18,535 nucleotides of DNA, taken from contig CBDDTI010000696.1 of NCBI GenBank assembly GCA_965233585.1, positions 1-18,535 on the forward strand. Direction: 5' to 3'. Below the pieces are notes generated by a model, which was given only the letters and a program-made list of their open reading frames with translations, did not search any database and was not told the origin of the DNA. The position numbers and the translations under genes were made by a program. Shown here in pieces: positions 8,223 to 16,856 of this stretch (positions are counted from its first letter, which is position 1; each line of letters begins with the position of its first letter). Source of the DNA: a bacterium. Lineage in GTDB: Bacteria > SAR324 > NAC60-12.

Positions 8223-8651
8223 ATGCGATACCACCGTGGTCCGTCTGTGCAAGCTGGGGCGGGATTAGGTTCAATTTTTAGCAGTCTTTTCCGGTCGTTG
8301 GTTCCGGTGGCGAAGGGCGCCGCAAAGACAATCGGTAAAATTGCGAGAAGCGAGGGTGTCAGATCCGCAGGACGATATTTGAAAAAAGAGGCGGGACGAG
8401 CGGCCATTGACACCGCACTGGAAGCCTTGGACGGCAAAGCAGTTGGAGCCGCTGCGAAAAAGAGATTAAAATCCGCGACTAGAAACATCTTACTGGCTGG
8501 TAAGGCGAGTAGGCCTGCACAGGCGTCCAAGAGACCGGTCAAGAGAAAAAATAGCACGCATGCGGTAGGAAGCGGTAAGAGAAGAAAAACAAAACAAAAA
8601 CCGCTGTTTTATGTTGAGGACGACAACGACGACGACGAGGATGATTACTAA
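8223..8651 (+). CDS. Polinton core/membrane-lytic protein (QxGxG plus amphipathic helix; cupiennin-like or adenovirus pX/pVI-analogous)
   Basis: QAGAGLGSIFSSLFRSLVPVAK is the recurrent Polinton small basic protein motif; Lys/Arg/Ala-rich body and acidic tail. Confidence 0.75.
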   Translation: MRYHRGPSVQAGAGLGSIFSSLFRSLVPVAKGAAKTIGKIARSEGVRSAGRYLKKEAGRAAIDTALEALDGKAVGAAAKKRLKSATRNILLAGKASRPAQASKRPVKRKNSTHAVGSGKRRKTKQKPLFYVEDDNDDDEDDY

Positions 8652-9720
8652 ACGCGAATTTTTAAAAGCTTACACTTCGCCCGGCTCGCCTTTTGCTTTT
8701 TCATCGCCGAACCGCGTTTTTAATCATTTTAACGGGACCATACCCATAAATAAAATAAAGAAATGGCTGCAGGCGTCAGACACCTATACTCTGCACTGAC
8801 AACCTAGGGCTCCAAAACCTAGGAACCCAACCTATGTTTATTACAAAAGATATCAATTCCAAATAGACTTGGTTGAAATTGGAAAAATGGCAAGCGCGAA
8901 TGACAATTATCGTTACTTGCTGACAGCGATCGACATTTTTTCGAGATATGCCTTTGTTGAACCCATAAAAAACAAGACAGCTTTGGTTTTTTTACAAGGA
9001 TTCAAAACCATTGTCAATAAGGCTGGCCAGCCGCCTCGAAAAATTCTAGCTGATAGAGGGTTAGAGATCAAAAATAAATTTTTTAAAGACTACTGTCGAC
9101 GTAATGGCATTACTCTTTTACACAGCGACAACTTTGTGCACGCGCCGTTTGTGGAAAGATTTAACAGATCTCTAAAAAGTCTAATGTTTAAATATATGAC
9201 ATCTAGAGGTACGGATCGATTTATCCACGTGCTTCAATCTTTAGTAAAGACGTATAACTCGCGCGTACATAGAATGATCGGTATGAGTCCGGCTGAAGCG
9301 GAAAAAGCAAAAAACGCGCCCAAAGTCCGAATGAAACAAGAAGAGGCTTATGCGAAAATAAAGAGGCGACCGCCTAAATTTAAGAAAGGCCAGACGGTCA
9401 GAATAAGTAACTACAGAGCTCAATTTGACAGAGGTTACAATAAGCAATTTACTGAAGAAATTTACAAGATCAAACGGGTGTTTACGCGATTACCCATACC
9501 TACATACGAACTGGAAACTCTGGACGGTGACGAGACGGTAGAGGGAAATTTTTATGCTAATGAGCTGACTCTGGCCAAGCCGCCGGAATTATTTCACATT
9601 GAAAAAATTGTTAAAAGGAAGAAAGATAAAAGAACCGGGCAGAAGTTGGTGTTGGTCAAGTGGAAAGGCTATAAAAACCTTAGCTGGATTGCGGAAGATA
9701 ACGTTATTAATCAGGCGTAA
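8641..9720 (+). pseudogene. Polinton retroviral-like DDE integrase with C-terminal chromodomain, interrupted by one in-frame TGA at 8797-8799
   Basis: One frame from ATG 8641: MITKREFLKAYTSPGSPFAFSS...WLQASDTYTLH*QPRAPK...FQIDLVE...IDIFSRYAF...ADRGLE...VERFNRSLK...YNSRVH...IEKIVKR...LVKWKGY...SWI. The two ORF-track pieces (8611-8799, 8869-9720) are in this same frame. Confidence 0.9.
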
Positions 9721-9725
9721 CAAGT

Positions 9726-11318
9726 ATGAAAGGAGGACATCTTATATATTGCATTTCAAACGCCAGCACTGATTGTTACGTAAACACGCTAACGCGTTTT
9801 AACAATTTTTTACCGAAAAATTTAGAATTAAACAAAAGAAGAGATTGGGAAGTTGGGGTTGTAGCTTTTGGTCTGCATTTAAACGTAAAACAAGATTTTG
9901 TTTTTGACGTGGTGCAGGTTAAATCCAACATTGTGTCTACAAGCTCAAATGAGAATTCTCACATCTTATGCGTGGCCGACTTGCCTTCAAGCAAAAAACG
10001 GAAATATTTCTACCATACTTTAAACAACATACGATATTATCCTATTCAAAACACTTCAATAAAATCAGTGGGCATTGAGTTTCTAGACGCGTCCGACAAA
10101 CTTCTAAAACTAAAATCGGGTCAGCCGAGTCTAGTTTTACTTCATTTGCGAAAAACAAAACGAGCGATGTCATATTTGACAAAGCACATTCGCGTCGACT
10201 CAAAAATGGGCGACAACATAAAACCTGCGCAGAAAAACAACAATTTCGAGGTACATTTGAGCCATCCCATTTATTTGAACGAAGGAGCTAAAATAGCCTT
10301 AGCCGACATCTCCTTTCCAAATCGTGTTAACAGCGTTCCGTCAAGCGTTTTTGATAAGAAAATTAAAGTAAGTACAGACCCGTTCAAGCAAGAAATCGAG
10401 GTCAAACTTGATCAGCAGAAAACAATTGCTTATTTATTAAATTGCTTAAACGACGGAAGAGACAGCGTAGTACGTAATTTTGTTGAATTTGGGCAAACGG
10501 AGAAAACAAAAGAATCGGTCGATATCTTTTTTCGAGTAATTTACACCGGACCGTCGACGTACGATGCCGAATTTAAATCACCTGAGGTAAAAGTGCTGAT
10601 ACCGCCCGAATTTAAAAACATTTTGGGAATCAAAGAAGAATATATTGTTATGGGACCGGAGAAAAAAGAATTTATATCGCAACAGCCAATGCAAAACCCT
10701 GACCCAACAGAAACATTTCCACCTGTGAAAATCAGGGTAATAATTGAAACAATGCAATTTTGCTTTTGCATTGAGAAGAGGTTTATCAAAACAACGGATG
10801 AATTAATCGAGGCCATGTCTAATGGTATGAGCAAAGATTTACAAAGTCTCATTCAAATTTCCGCGCATAAAGACCGTTTTAAAGTAAAACGGGTCGGCAA
10901 TCAATTCAATCGCTCCTTGGTAGTAAGGATAAGAGTGCCGCATGAAATAAGATTATTGCTAGGAATAAGTCAAGATGATGACATTGTTTTGGCGGATGAA
11001 AGTAATCAATTTATAAGTGACGAACGTCTAGATCCGCACTATCTATATCCGGGAGTGATGATCTGCTATGCCAATTTCGTCAATCACTCGGTAATTGGAG
11101 ACGAGTTTTACCCTGTATTAAAAGTTATACCAATTAATAGAGCCGAGGAACAAGACAATTATGTGACGACGCATTTTGAAAATTTGGAATACATAAAGTG
11201 TAATACAAGTCGACTGGATTTGTTGCATTTTCAGTTAAAAAGACTTGACGGAGAATTGATTAATTTTGAAACAAATGAAAAAATCATGATGAATCTAGCC
11301 ATACAAAACCCTAAATAA
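9726..11318 (+). CDS. Minor capsid (penton) protein with two tandem single-jelly-roll-like modules
   Basis: The penton N-motif occurs twice (SNAS..YVNTLTRFNNFLPKNLEL...WEVGV; DSK...NNNFEVHLSHPIYLNEGAKIALADISFP). The C-motif also occurs twice (YYPIQNTSIKSVGIEFLD...LVLLHLRK; SVIGDEFYPVLKVIP...EYIKCNTSRLDLLHFQLKRLDGELINF). Confidence 0.8.
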   Translation: MKGGHLIYCISNASTDCYVNTLTRFNNFLPKNLELNKRRDWEVGVVAFGLHLNVKQDFVFDVVQVKSNIVSTSSNENSHILCVADLPSSKKRKYFYHTLNNIRYYPIQNTSIKSVGIEFLDASDKLLKLKSGQPSLVLLHLRKTKRAMSYLTKHIRVDSKMGDNIKPAQKNNNFEVHLSHPIYLNEGAKIALADISFPNRVNSVPSSVFDKKIKVSTDPFKQEIEVKLDQQKTIAYLLNCLNDGRDSVVRNFVEFGQTEKTKESVDIFFRVIYTGPSTYDAEFKSPEVKVLIPPEFKNILGIKEEYIVMGPEKKEFISQQPMQNPDPTETFPPVKIRVIIETMQFCFCIEKRFIKTTDELIEAMSNGMSKDLQSLIQISAHKDRFKVKRVGNQFNRSLVVRIRVPHEIRLLLGISQDDDIVLADESNQFISDERLDPHYLYPGVMICYANFVNHSVIGDEFYPVLKVIPINRAEEQDNYVTTHFENLEYIKCNTSRLDLLHFQLKRLDGELINFETNEKIMMNLAIQNPK

Positions 11319-11384
11319 AAAACATGATCTGTATTTGAGCACATTAAAATAAAATTTTGATGTGTATTTCTAGTTTAAACGCGA

Positions 11385-11639
11385 TTAAACATTATCATTT
11401 TCTGATTTGTCTGGTTCTGACCAAGCAGCGTAGAATGCTCCTACGGTTGAAAAGAGCAAGAAAAAAATTAATGCCATTATAATAAATGGGGTTGAGGTTC
11501 TTGTATTATCTGACGACGATAGGAGTTTATCCAAGGTGTTAATTACAATCTTGTTAATAGCGTTCGTTGTGATGTTGGGGGCGGCGGTAACGTTTGACAC
11601 GTCTGCCACTTGATAATTGTCTTGGCGGGGGGAACTCAT
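11385..11639 (-). CDS. Small single-pass membrane protein, unknown function
   Basis: 84 aa with hydrophobic stretch FIIMALIFFLLFSTVGAFYAAW; start overlaps the upstream stop (ATGA, 11636-11639). Confidence 0.6.
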   Translation of the reverse strand: MSSPRQDNYQVADVSNVTAAPNITTNAINKIVINTLDKLLSSSDNTRTSTPFIIMALIFFLLFSTVGAFYAAWSEPDKSENDNV

Positions 11640-12247
11640 TCTTGTATTTCAAATTCAAGAGAAGCGGCCGCGGAGTATTTAGAGCGGTTGTAATTTTGCG
11701 GGTTAACATACACCCCATCTTCTAACATACCCATAATTTCCCTCTTTAATTTTCTCGCCTGTCTAGCCATTTGTCGAAATTTTTCAATCGATCTCTCCAA
11801 TAACTTTTCTTCTTTGTGAGCATCTTCACGAGTCATATCAATGGGAAAACTCAACTTTAGTTTTTCGAGCTCAAAAACGAGGTAAGAGACGTTTGCCATC
11901 AAATTCTCTAGAATGCTTTTAACATGGTAGGACCTTTGGTGCGTCAACGGTGACCAATTAAAACAGTTTGGTACGGTGTAAGACAATGGATTCGGAGTTT
12001 CTATTTTTGGTTGATTTTCATCGGCAATCCAGGCATCAGTCGGCTGAGTTTCAGGAAATGGAGGGATGATTGTTTTATAACCACTCGTGTCACTATTTTC
12101 CGATTCATCGTTTGTAACGGGTGAAGAATTTGCTATTGTCATCTGACTATCGTTTTTCATCCAGGACTCGGTCATCTGCGTTTCTGGGAATGGAGGAATG
12201 ATGGATCTATAACCAGACATGTCTCTAATTCCTGTTTCGTCAGTCAT
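11636..12247 (-). CDS. Unknown protein with a duplicated N-terminal IIPPFPETQ motif and a helical/coiled-coil C-terminus
   Basis: 203-aa ORF; upstream minus-strand TATATAAG (12315-12308) with a TCATT Inr-like element near 12287. Confidence 0.7.
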   Translation of the reverse strand: MTDETGIRDMSGYRSIIPPFPETQMTESWMKNDSQMTIANSSPVTNDESENSDTSGYKTIIPPFPETQPTDAWIADENQPKIETPNPLSYTVPNCFNWSPLTHQRSYHVKSILENLMANVSYLVFELEKLKLSFPIDMTREDAHKEEKLLERSIEKFRQMARQARKLKREIMGMLEDGVYVNPQNYNRSKYSAAASLEFEIQE

Positions 12248-12671
12248 GTTGATGTTGATTTTTCAAGTGATGGATTTGAAATGCAATGAAATGTGATGTT
12301 CAGGCTGCTTATATACCTTATTACAAAGGAACTTTCTAGAAAACCCTAGAAAAAATTGCGGACAGGTTGAAAAATGTATCTTGTCAAAAATTAAAAAATT
12401 CTTTTACAAAATACCTCCAATCCTAATTGTTTCTAAATGATAGGAATGTTCTAGAAATGGGAAGAATTTATAAAAAGAACAAAAAAGGAAACATCTGCTT
12501 TGCGCAAAAATATTATGTAGAAAACACCAGAAAAAATCGCGGTCAGTTCAAAGGTGATTTTTGGAAAAAATTAAAATTGCATGGTAAAAAATACCAAGGA
12601 ACCATACAACTTTTTCGAGAAATCAAATTTATATAAAACCTTTTTGTGCTAAAAACAAAAAAACACAATTG

Positions 12672-12715
12672 ATTAAATTATTGATAAAAATCACATTAAA
12701 TTATTGATAAAAATC
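12672..12715. repeat. Perfect 21-bp direct repeat ATTAAATTATTGATAAAAATC x2
   Basis: Copies at 12672-12692 and 12695-12715. Confidence 0.8.
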
Positions 12716-12949
12716 GCTCGTTTACTGATACCATTACAGCAAGAAAATTTACACAGAATGAAGAAGAACATTGTGACATTGCAACACCAGTTATGGTAAA
12801 AAAGAAAAAAGCTCTGCTTCTTTTCTCCAATTTACTCAACTATGGACCACTGACATTCTGGTGCCGGGATCTAAAATTTCATGCCAGCATCAAAATTGAG
12901 ATCCAGGCACCAGAAAAAGTAATGCAGACAAGTAAAATTTTGATGCGTG

Positions 12950-13220
12950 CATGAAATTTTTAGTGCGTGCACCAACTTTTTCATGCCTGCATTAGACAGA
13001 GCAATGCAGGCACCAAACTTTTCATGCACGCACCAAACTTTTCATGCAGGCATTAGACGGAGCAATGCAGGCACCAAACTTTTCATGCACGCACCAAACT
13101 TTTCATGCCAGCATTAGACGAAGCAATGCAGGCACCAAACTTTTCGTGCACGCACCAAATTTTTCATGCCAGCATTAGACACAGCCATGCAGGCACCAAA
13201 CTTTTGGTGCACGCACCAGA
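12950..13220. repeat. Minisatellite, 61-bp period, about 4.3 copies, built from roughly 20-bp subunits (TTTTCATGCACGCACCAAAC)
   Basis: CATTAGAC recurs at 12990, 13051, 13112 and 13173. Confidence 0.92.
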
Positions 13221-13230
13221 AATCGGTGTG

Positions 13231-13338
13231 CATTTAGATGCATTTAGATTGAATCAGTTGACGTTTTGCTTGCAACGAGAACGCATCTAGATGAATTTAG
13301 ATGAATTTAGAACGCATTTAGATGAATTTAGATGAATT
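13231..13338. repeat. Degenerate 10-bp tandem repeat (ATTTAGATGA/C)
   Basis: Multiple ATTTAGATG units at 13232-13250 and 13285-13338. Confidence 0.8.
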
Positions 13339-13389
13339 CGGGCCGAAAACATCTAAAAACAAGCTTCTGTCATCCGTTTTTACTACAAC

Positions 13390-14129
13390 ACACGGATTTA
13401 ATATCGGGTCGTACTGTGCTATATAATAGCGTGACTCCCGTCGAACGTTTAGAAGATGTTACGTTTCCAGTTCCTCCCGAACCCAAATGTGCTTTTATTT
13501 TAAATCAGACGAGGCTAGAGGGTCACTTTGTGGTAAAGACTGACAGCGGTGAGGGCGTAGGACCGACTGATACGACAACAATTAATAACCATTATTGTGC
13601 CGCCCTATTCTCGCAAATTGAAGTCCACCTCAACAGCACTCAAATCTGTGATTTGAGTGCTCCTCTTTCTTATCCGTACAAGCATCACATAGATTTTCTC
13701 TTGTCCTACGATAATAATGTTAAAACAAGTGTGGGCCGGTCCGAGGGCTTTTGCCGGACGCACCATGGCGAATGCTATGACACGATTGACGCATCTGGTA
13801 AGTTGGCTCTGTGTCAGGACTTTGCGGAGAATCGACAGAGAATAATGAACGGCAAAAAAGTTTACTTTAGCTCGACTTTGCCTGCCGATATTTTTCACAC
13901 TGATAAATATCTACCTCCGAATGTCGAAATCTCCATCGTATTCCGCAGGTGCAACCCTTGTTTCGGCGCGATTCAAAATAATCCGCACAAAGTCTTTCGC
14001 ATTCGTTTAAAGAAATTAAAACTTCACATGAGAAAAGTGCTACAGTGCAAGCGTGTGTGAAATAGGCTAAACGCCGAACTGCTGAAAGGCCGACCTTTTT
14101 TTCTGCCCTTTAAAGACACACAGATGAAG
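13390..14129 (+). pseudogene. Truncated, inverted fragment of a major capsid gene closely related to paralog 2; premature TGA at 14058-14060
   Basis: Aligns by eye with the reverse complement of about 6069-6802 from TDLISGRTVLYNSVTPVE to RV*NRLNAELLKGRPFFLPFKDTQMK. It lacks the N-terminus and the C-terminal third. The first ~20 aa of the 13332 ORF come from repeat DNA. Confidence 0.92.
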
Positions 14130-15449
14130 AAATGTATGATAGCTTACTACTTACCAATAAAAAACCGGGCTCGTTTTTGTTTTGAATGAAAGATTTTGAA
14201 TGAAATCTAATTCAAAAGGCCTTGAAGTTAGGTCCCAATGATAACTGGGGAATTGAATTCAAGTTGTTTATTTCAAACTGAAAGAGATTTGACCTCTATT
14301 TTTAAAGCTAAAGCCAAAAAACCGAGATCGTTTTTTACTTCCCTTCCTCCAAATCTTATGTAGCTATGGAGTAAAACTGCCTCCAGAAAAACACAAATAT
14401 CTTGGAATTGGGCAACATTGCCTAAAAATGTATTTTATATGAAAATGATCAGAAGAAATGGGTGCATCTTTCTTTATAAATTTCATTTGCTAAAAAAATG
14501 AACCAATATTTAAAAAAATTGAAGTTTTTTTCTATGTTAAAGGTTTTTTGTACTCGAATGATGCTGCAATGTTCATATGAACATGGGCCATATCTCAGGA
14601 ACTACACAAGATACAGCGATAAAATTTCATATACGTTCTTCCCCTGTCCCTTAGGCAATGTGTATGAAGTTTCATGGAAATCGGACCATTTTTTGAATTT
14701 TCGCGCCAAATGGGTTAAAGCTTTTTTGCTCTCTGTTTTTACATTGTTTTCGAGAAGAAATTTTACGCTTTTTTTGAAATTCTGGTTGGCCACACGATGA
14801 AGAAGAAAAGATACCTTGAAAACGAAATACATTTTTGCCTGTTTTATGAAAAGTTTAAAAAAACTATTAAATGCGTGCACTGCACATGTAGCCTGAGACA
14901 TTACGCGTCCTAGTGCGTATTCCATGCATTTTACCATGCACTTAACCAACTGGATTGGGACAACGTGTGACGTCACTGAACACATGTGGTGCCATCTAAC
15001 TGCAACTGTAGGAAGGTGGTTTCCCCCCTTTTTGCCCATGACGTATTGCAAAGGGATAGCTCAAGAAAGTAGAGACTGGAGCGCTTCCCCACTTCCGGTT
15101 AGTCACCATAACCTGAGGATTAACCCCACTGAGGGCAGACCAGGATCTTGGGATCTCAGTTGAAAGTGGCCTGGAACTACTACACCTGTCCAGGGGTAAA
15201 GGGTGTATAGGCCTAAAGGGACTGACCTCGAGCACAAAGTGCACTCATGGTTTGACAGAATCAGATTTGGTGATCAGCTTGAAACCTGAGCTTGAAACTT
15301 GAAGATTCTTAGAGGGAAGAGTGGCACCTTCTGTAATTCCAGCTAGTGGAACGACGATCTGCTGGTTTTCTCTTGTTCAATGCCAAGCACATTTTGTCTG
15401 AACGACTGCAGATATTAGGCATATATGTACAAAAATCATGACTCAGCAT

Positions 15450-15946
15450 CCATTGGCATATATATACGTCCTCACGAAATCATATTTTTGTTTTACTCGG
15501 TCGTTCGCGAGGGGTCGTACAGTAAAAAAAAGGAAAACTACTCTTACTACTAACTTCAGTGACCACAGTATACACTCGCAAACGACCGAGTAAGACAAAT
15601 ATAAGTTTTGGTGAGGGTGTACATATACGTCCATGGTTGCTGAATTATGCATTTTGGACGTATATACCGTAAATTCCGGACTATAAACCGCACCTGATTA
15701 TAAGCCGCACCCAGTACATTTTTAAAGAAAAAATCATTTCATCCATACATAAGCCGCACCGGACTATAAGCCGCATGTGCCCTCACTGAAACATGATATA
15801 TTTACTTCTACTTGAGCCCCCTGGCAGAAAAATCCATAAATAAGCCGCATCGTTGTATAAGCCGCAGGGTTGAAAATGTGAGAAAAAAGTCGCGGCTTAT
15901 AGTCCGGAATTTACGGTATATAAGTCTGTGGCATTGAAAGGGTTAA
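15450..15946. mobile_element. Partial piggyBac-like (TTAA) MITE copy, interrupted by a TA-flanked MITE; left end not found
   Basis: Ends GAAAGGG-TTAA at 15936-15946; internal inverted repeat (TTTTGTTTTACTCGGTCGTT...AACGACCGAGTAAGACAAA) is homologous to the 16222-16513 copy. Confidence 0.6.
15667..15916. mobile_element. 250-bp Tc1/mariner-pogo-type MITE with TA target duplication
   Basis: TIRs CCGTAAATTCCGGACTATAA(A/G)CCGC match 24/25; TA at 15665-15666 and 15917-15918; internal TAAGCCGCA repeats. Confidence 0.9.
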
Positions 15947-16221
15947 GTGCCTCATTAAATATTTAAGAATTAGGAGCTATGATAGCCTGGTTTTCGTAAT
16001 GTTGGAGTACCCTTACAAAAAAAAATTTTAGGCGTGCTTATCGGGAAAAAATATTCTGCACTAAAAAGCAAGAGTACTATGTCAGAGGTGGAAAAAAAAT
16101 TTAATGTGTTTCTAGGTAAAATTATTGAATGTTACATTATGGAATAAAATTAATTTTTCTGCCAAAATCTGCCAAAAAATACTGAGGTTTCCTTGTTCTC
16201 GCCCCATGGCTAGTTCTTTAA

Positions 16222-16513
16222 CCCTTTCCAAAGGTGATTCAGTGACCATGGATGTATATATACGTCCTTTAATCCAGGCTCCGATACAATGGACGTGTAT
16301 ATACATCCTTATCCAAAGCTTATTTTTGTTTTACCCGGTCGTTCACGAGTGTTTGCTGTAGTTGCTGAAGGGAATTTTTTTACTGCACAACCACTCGCAA
16401 ACGACTGGGTATAACAAAAATAAGCTTTCGTTAGGGTGTAAATATACATCCATAGTAGCTGAGGAAAACATAGAAAATGTATTGCGGTCCAAATGTGCTT
16501 GGCCATGAAAGGG
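16222..16513. mobile_element. piggyBac-like MITE (TTAA-CCCTTTC...GAAAGGG-TTAA)
   Basis: TTAA at 16218-16221 and 16514-16517, CCCTTTC/GAAAGGG termini, long internal palindrome. Confidence 0.75.
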
Positions 16514-16828
16514 TTAAGTGCTTCATGAGTTAAGGATTAAGAGCTATGGTAGCATGGTCTTCTTATTGTTGCAGTACCCTTACGATTGGACAAAGAACAT
16601 GTTTAGGTACAATTACAGGAACAAAACATTCTGACATAAGAAAACATTTAAAAAAATATTTTGTTGGGTTTAACAGAAATTCTTGCAAAGAATGACCAAG
16701 AGAAAAAGACTTCGTCTGGCCATTCAGAATTTCTTACCACAAAAGGCCAAGAGGAAAGGAATTCATAAGACGGAGCAATAGAAGAAAAAGGACACAAGAA
16801 AAAGATAACTGTCAAGATGTCAAATAAT

Positions 16829-16856
16829 CTTTTTTTTTTTTTTTTTTTTTTTTTTT
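16829..16856. repeat. Poly(T) homopolymer, about 28 nt
   Basis: Seen directly. Confidence 0.9.

Larger units (their letters stand above)
1..12700. mobile_element. Endogenous Polinton/Maverick (adintovirus-like) element, internal portion; continues beyond the left edge, right boundary approximate
   Basis: Dense, abutting or overlapping ORFs encode an adenain-like protease, DJR major capsids, a penton and a DDE integrase with chromodomain, the hallmark Polinton gene set. Gene density collapses after about 12.3 kb into repeats and MITEs. Confidence 0.9.

Noticed and set aside
8216..8557. 113-aa antisense ORF with a signal-peptide-like start
   Set aside because: It lies almost entirely opposite the core protein gene, which has the recognisable family motif.
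8869..9720. Integrase as an intact 283-aa gene from a TTG start
   Set aside because: That start omits the N-terminal domain and the first catalytic Asp; the frame begins at ATG 8641.
12950..13220. Regularly spaced repeats resembling a CRISPR array
   Set aside because: Whole 61-bp units repeat with no unique spacers, there are no cas genes, and the context is eukaryotic.
13105..13290. 61-aa ORF over the minisatellite
   Set aside because: A by-product of the tandem repeat with no coding hallmarks.
13332..14060. 242-aa ORF as a functional third capsid gene
   Set aside because: Its ATG comes from a decamer repeat, homology starts only at 13390 and continues past the stop, so it is a fragment.
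14140..15185. ACTACT-like motifs (about 14146, 15175) as the Maverick right terminus
   Set aside because: Short, common motifs separated from the viral genes by unrelated repeats; no partner TIR or TSD can be tested in this window.
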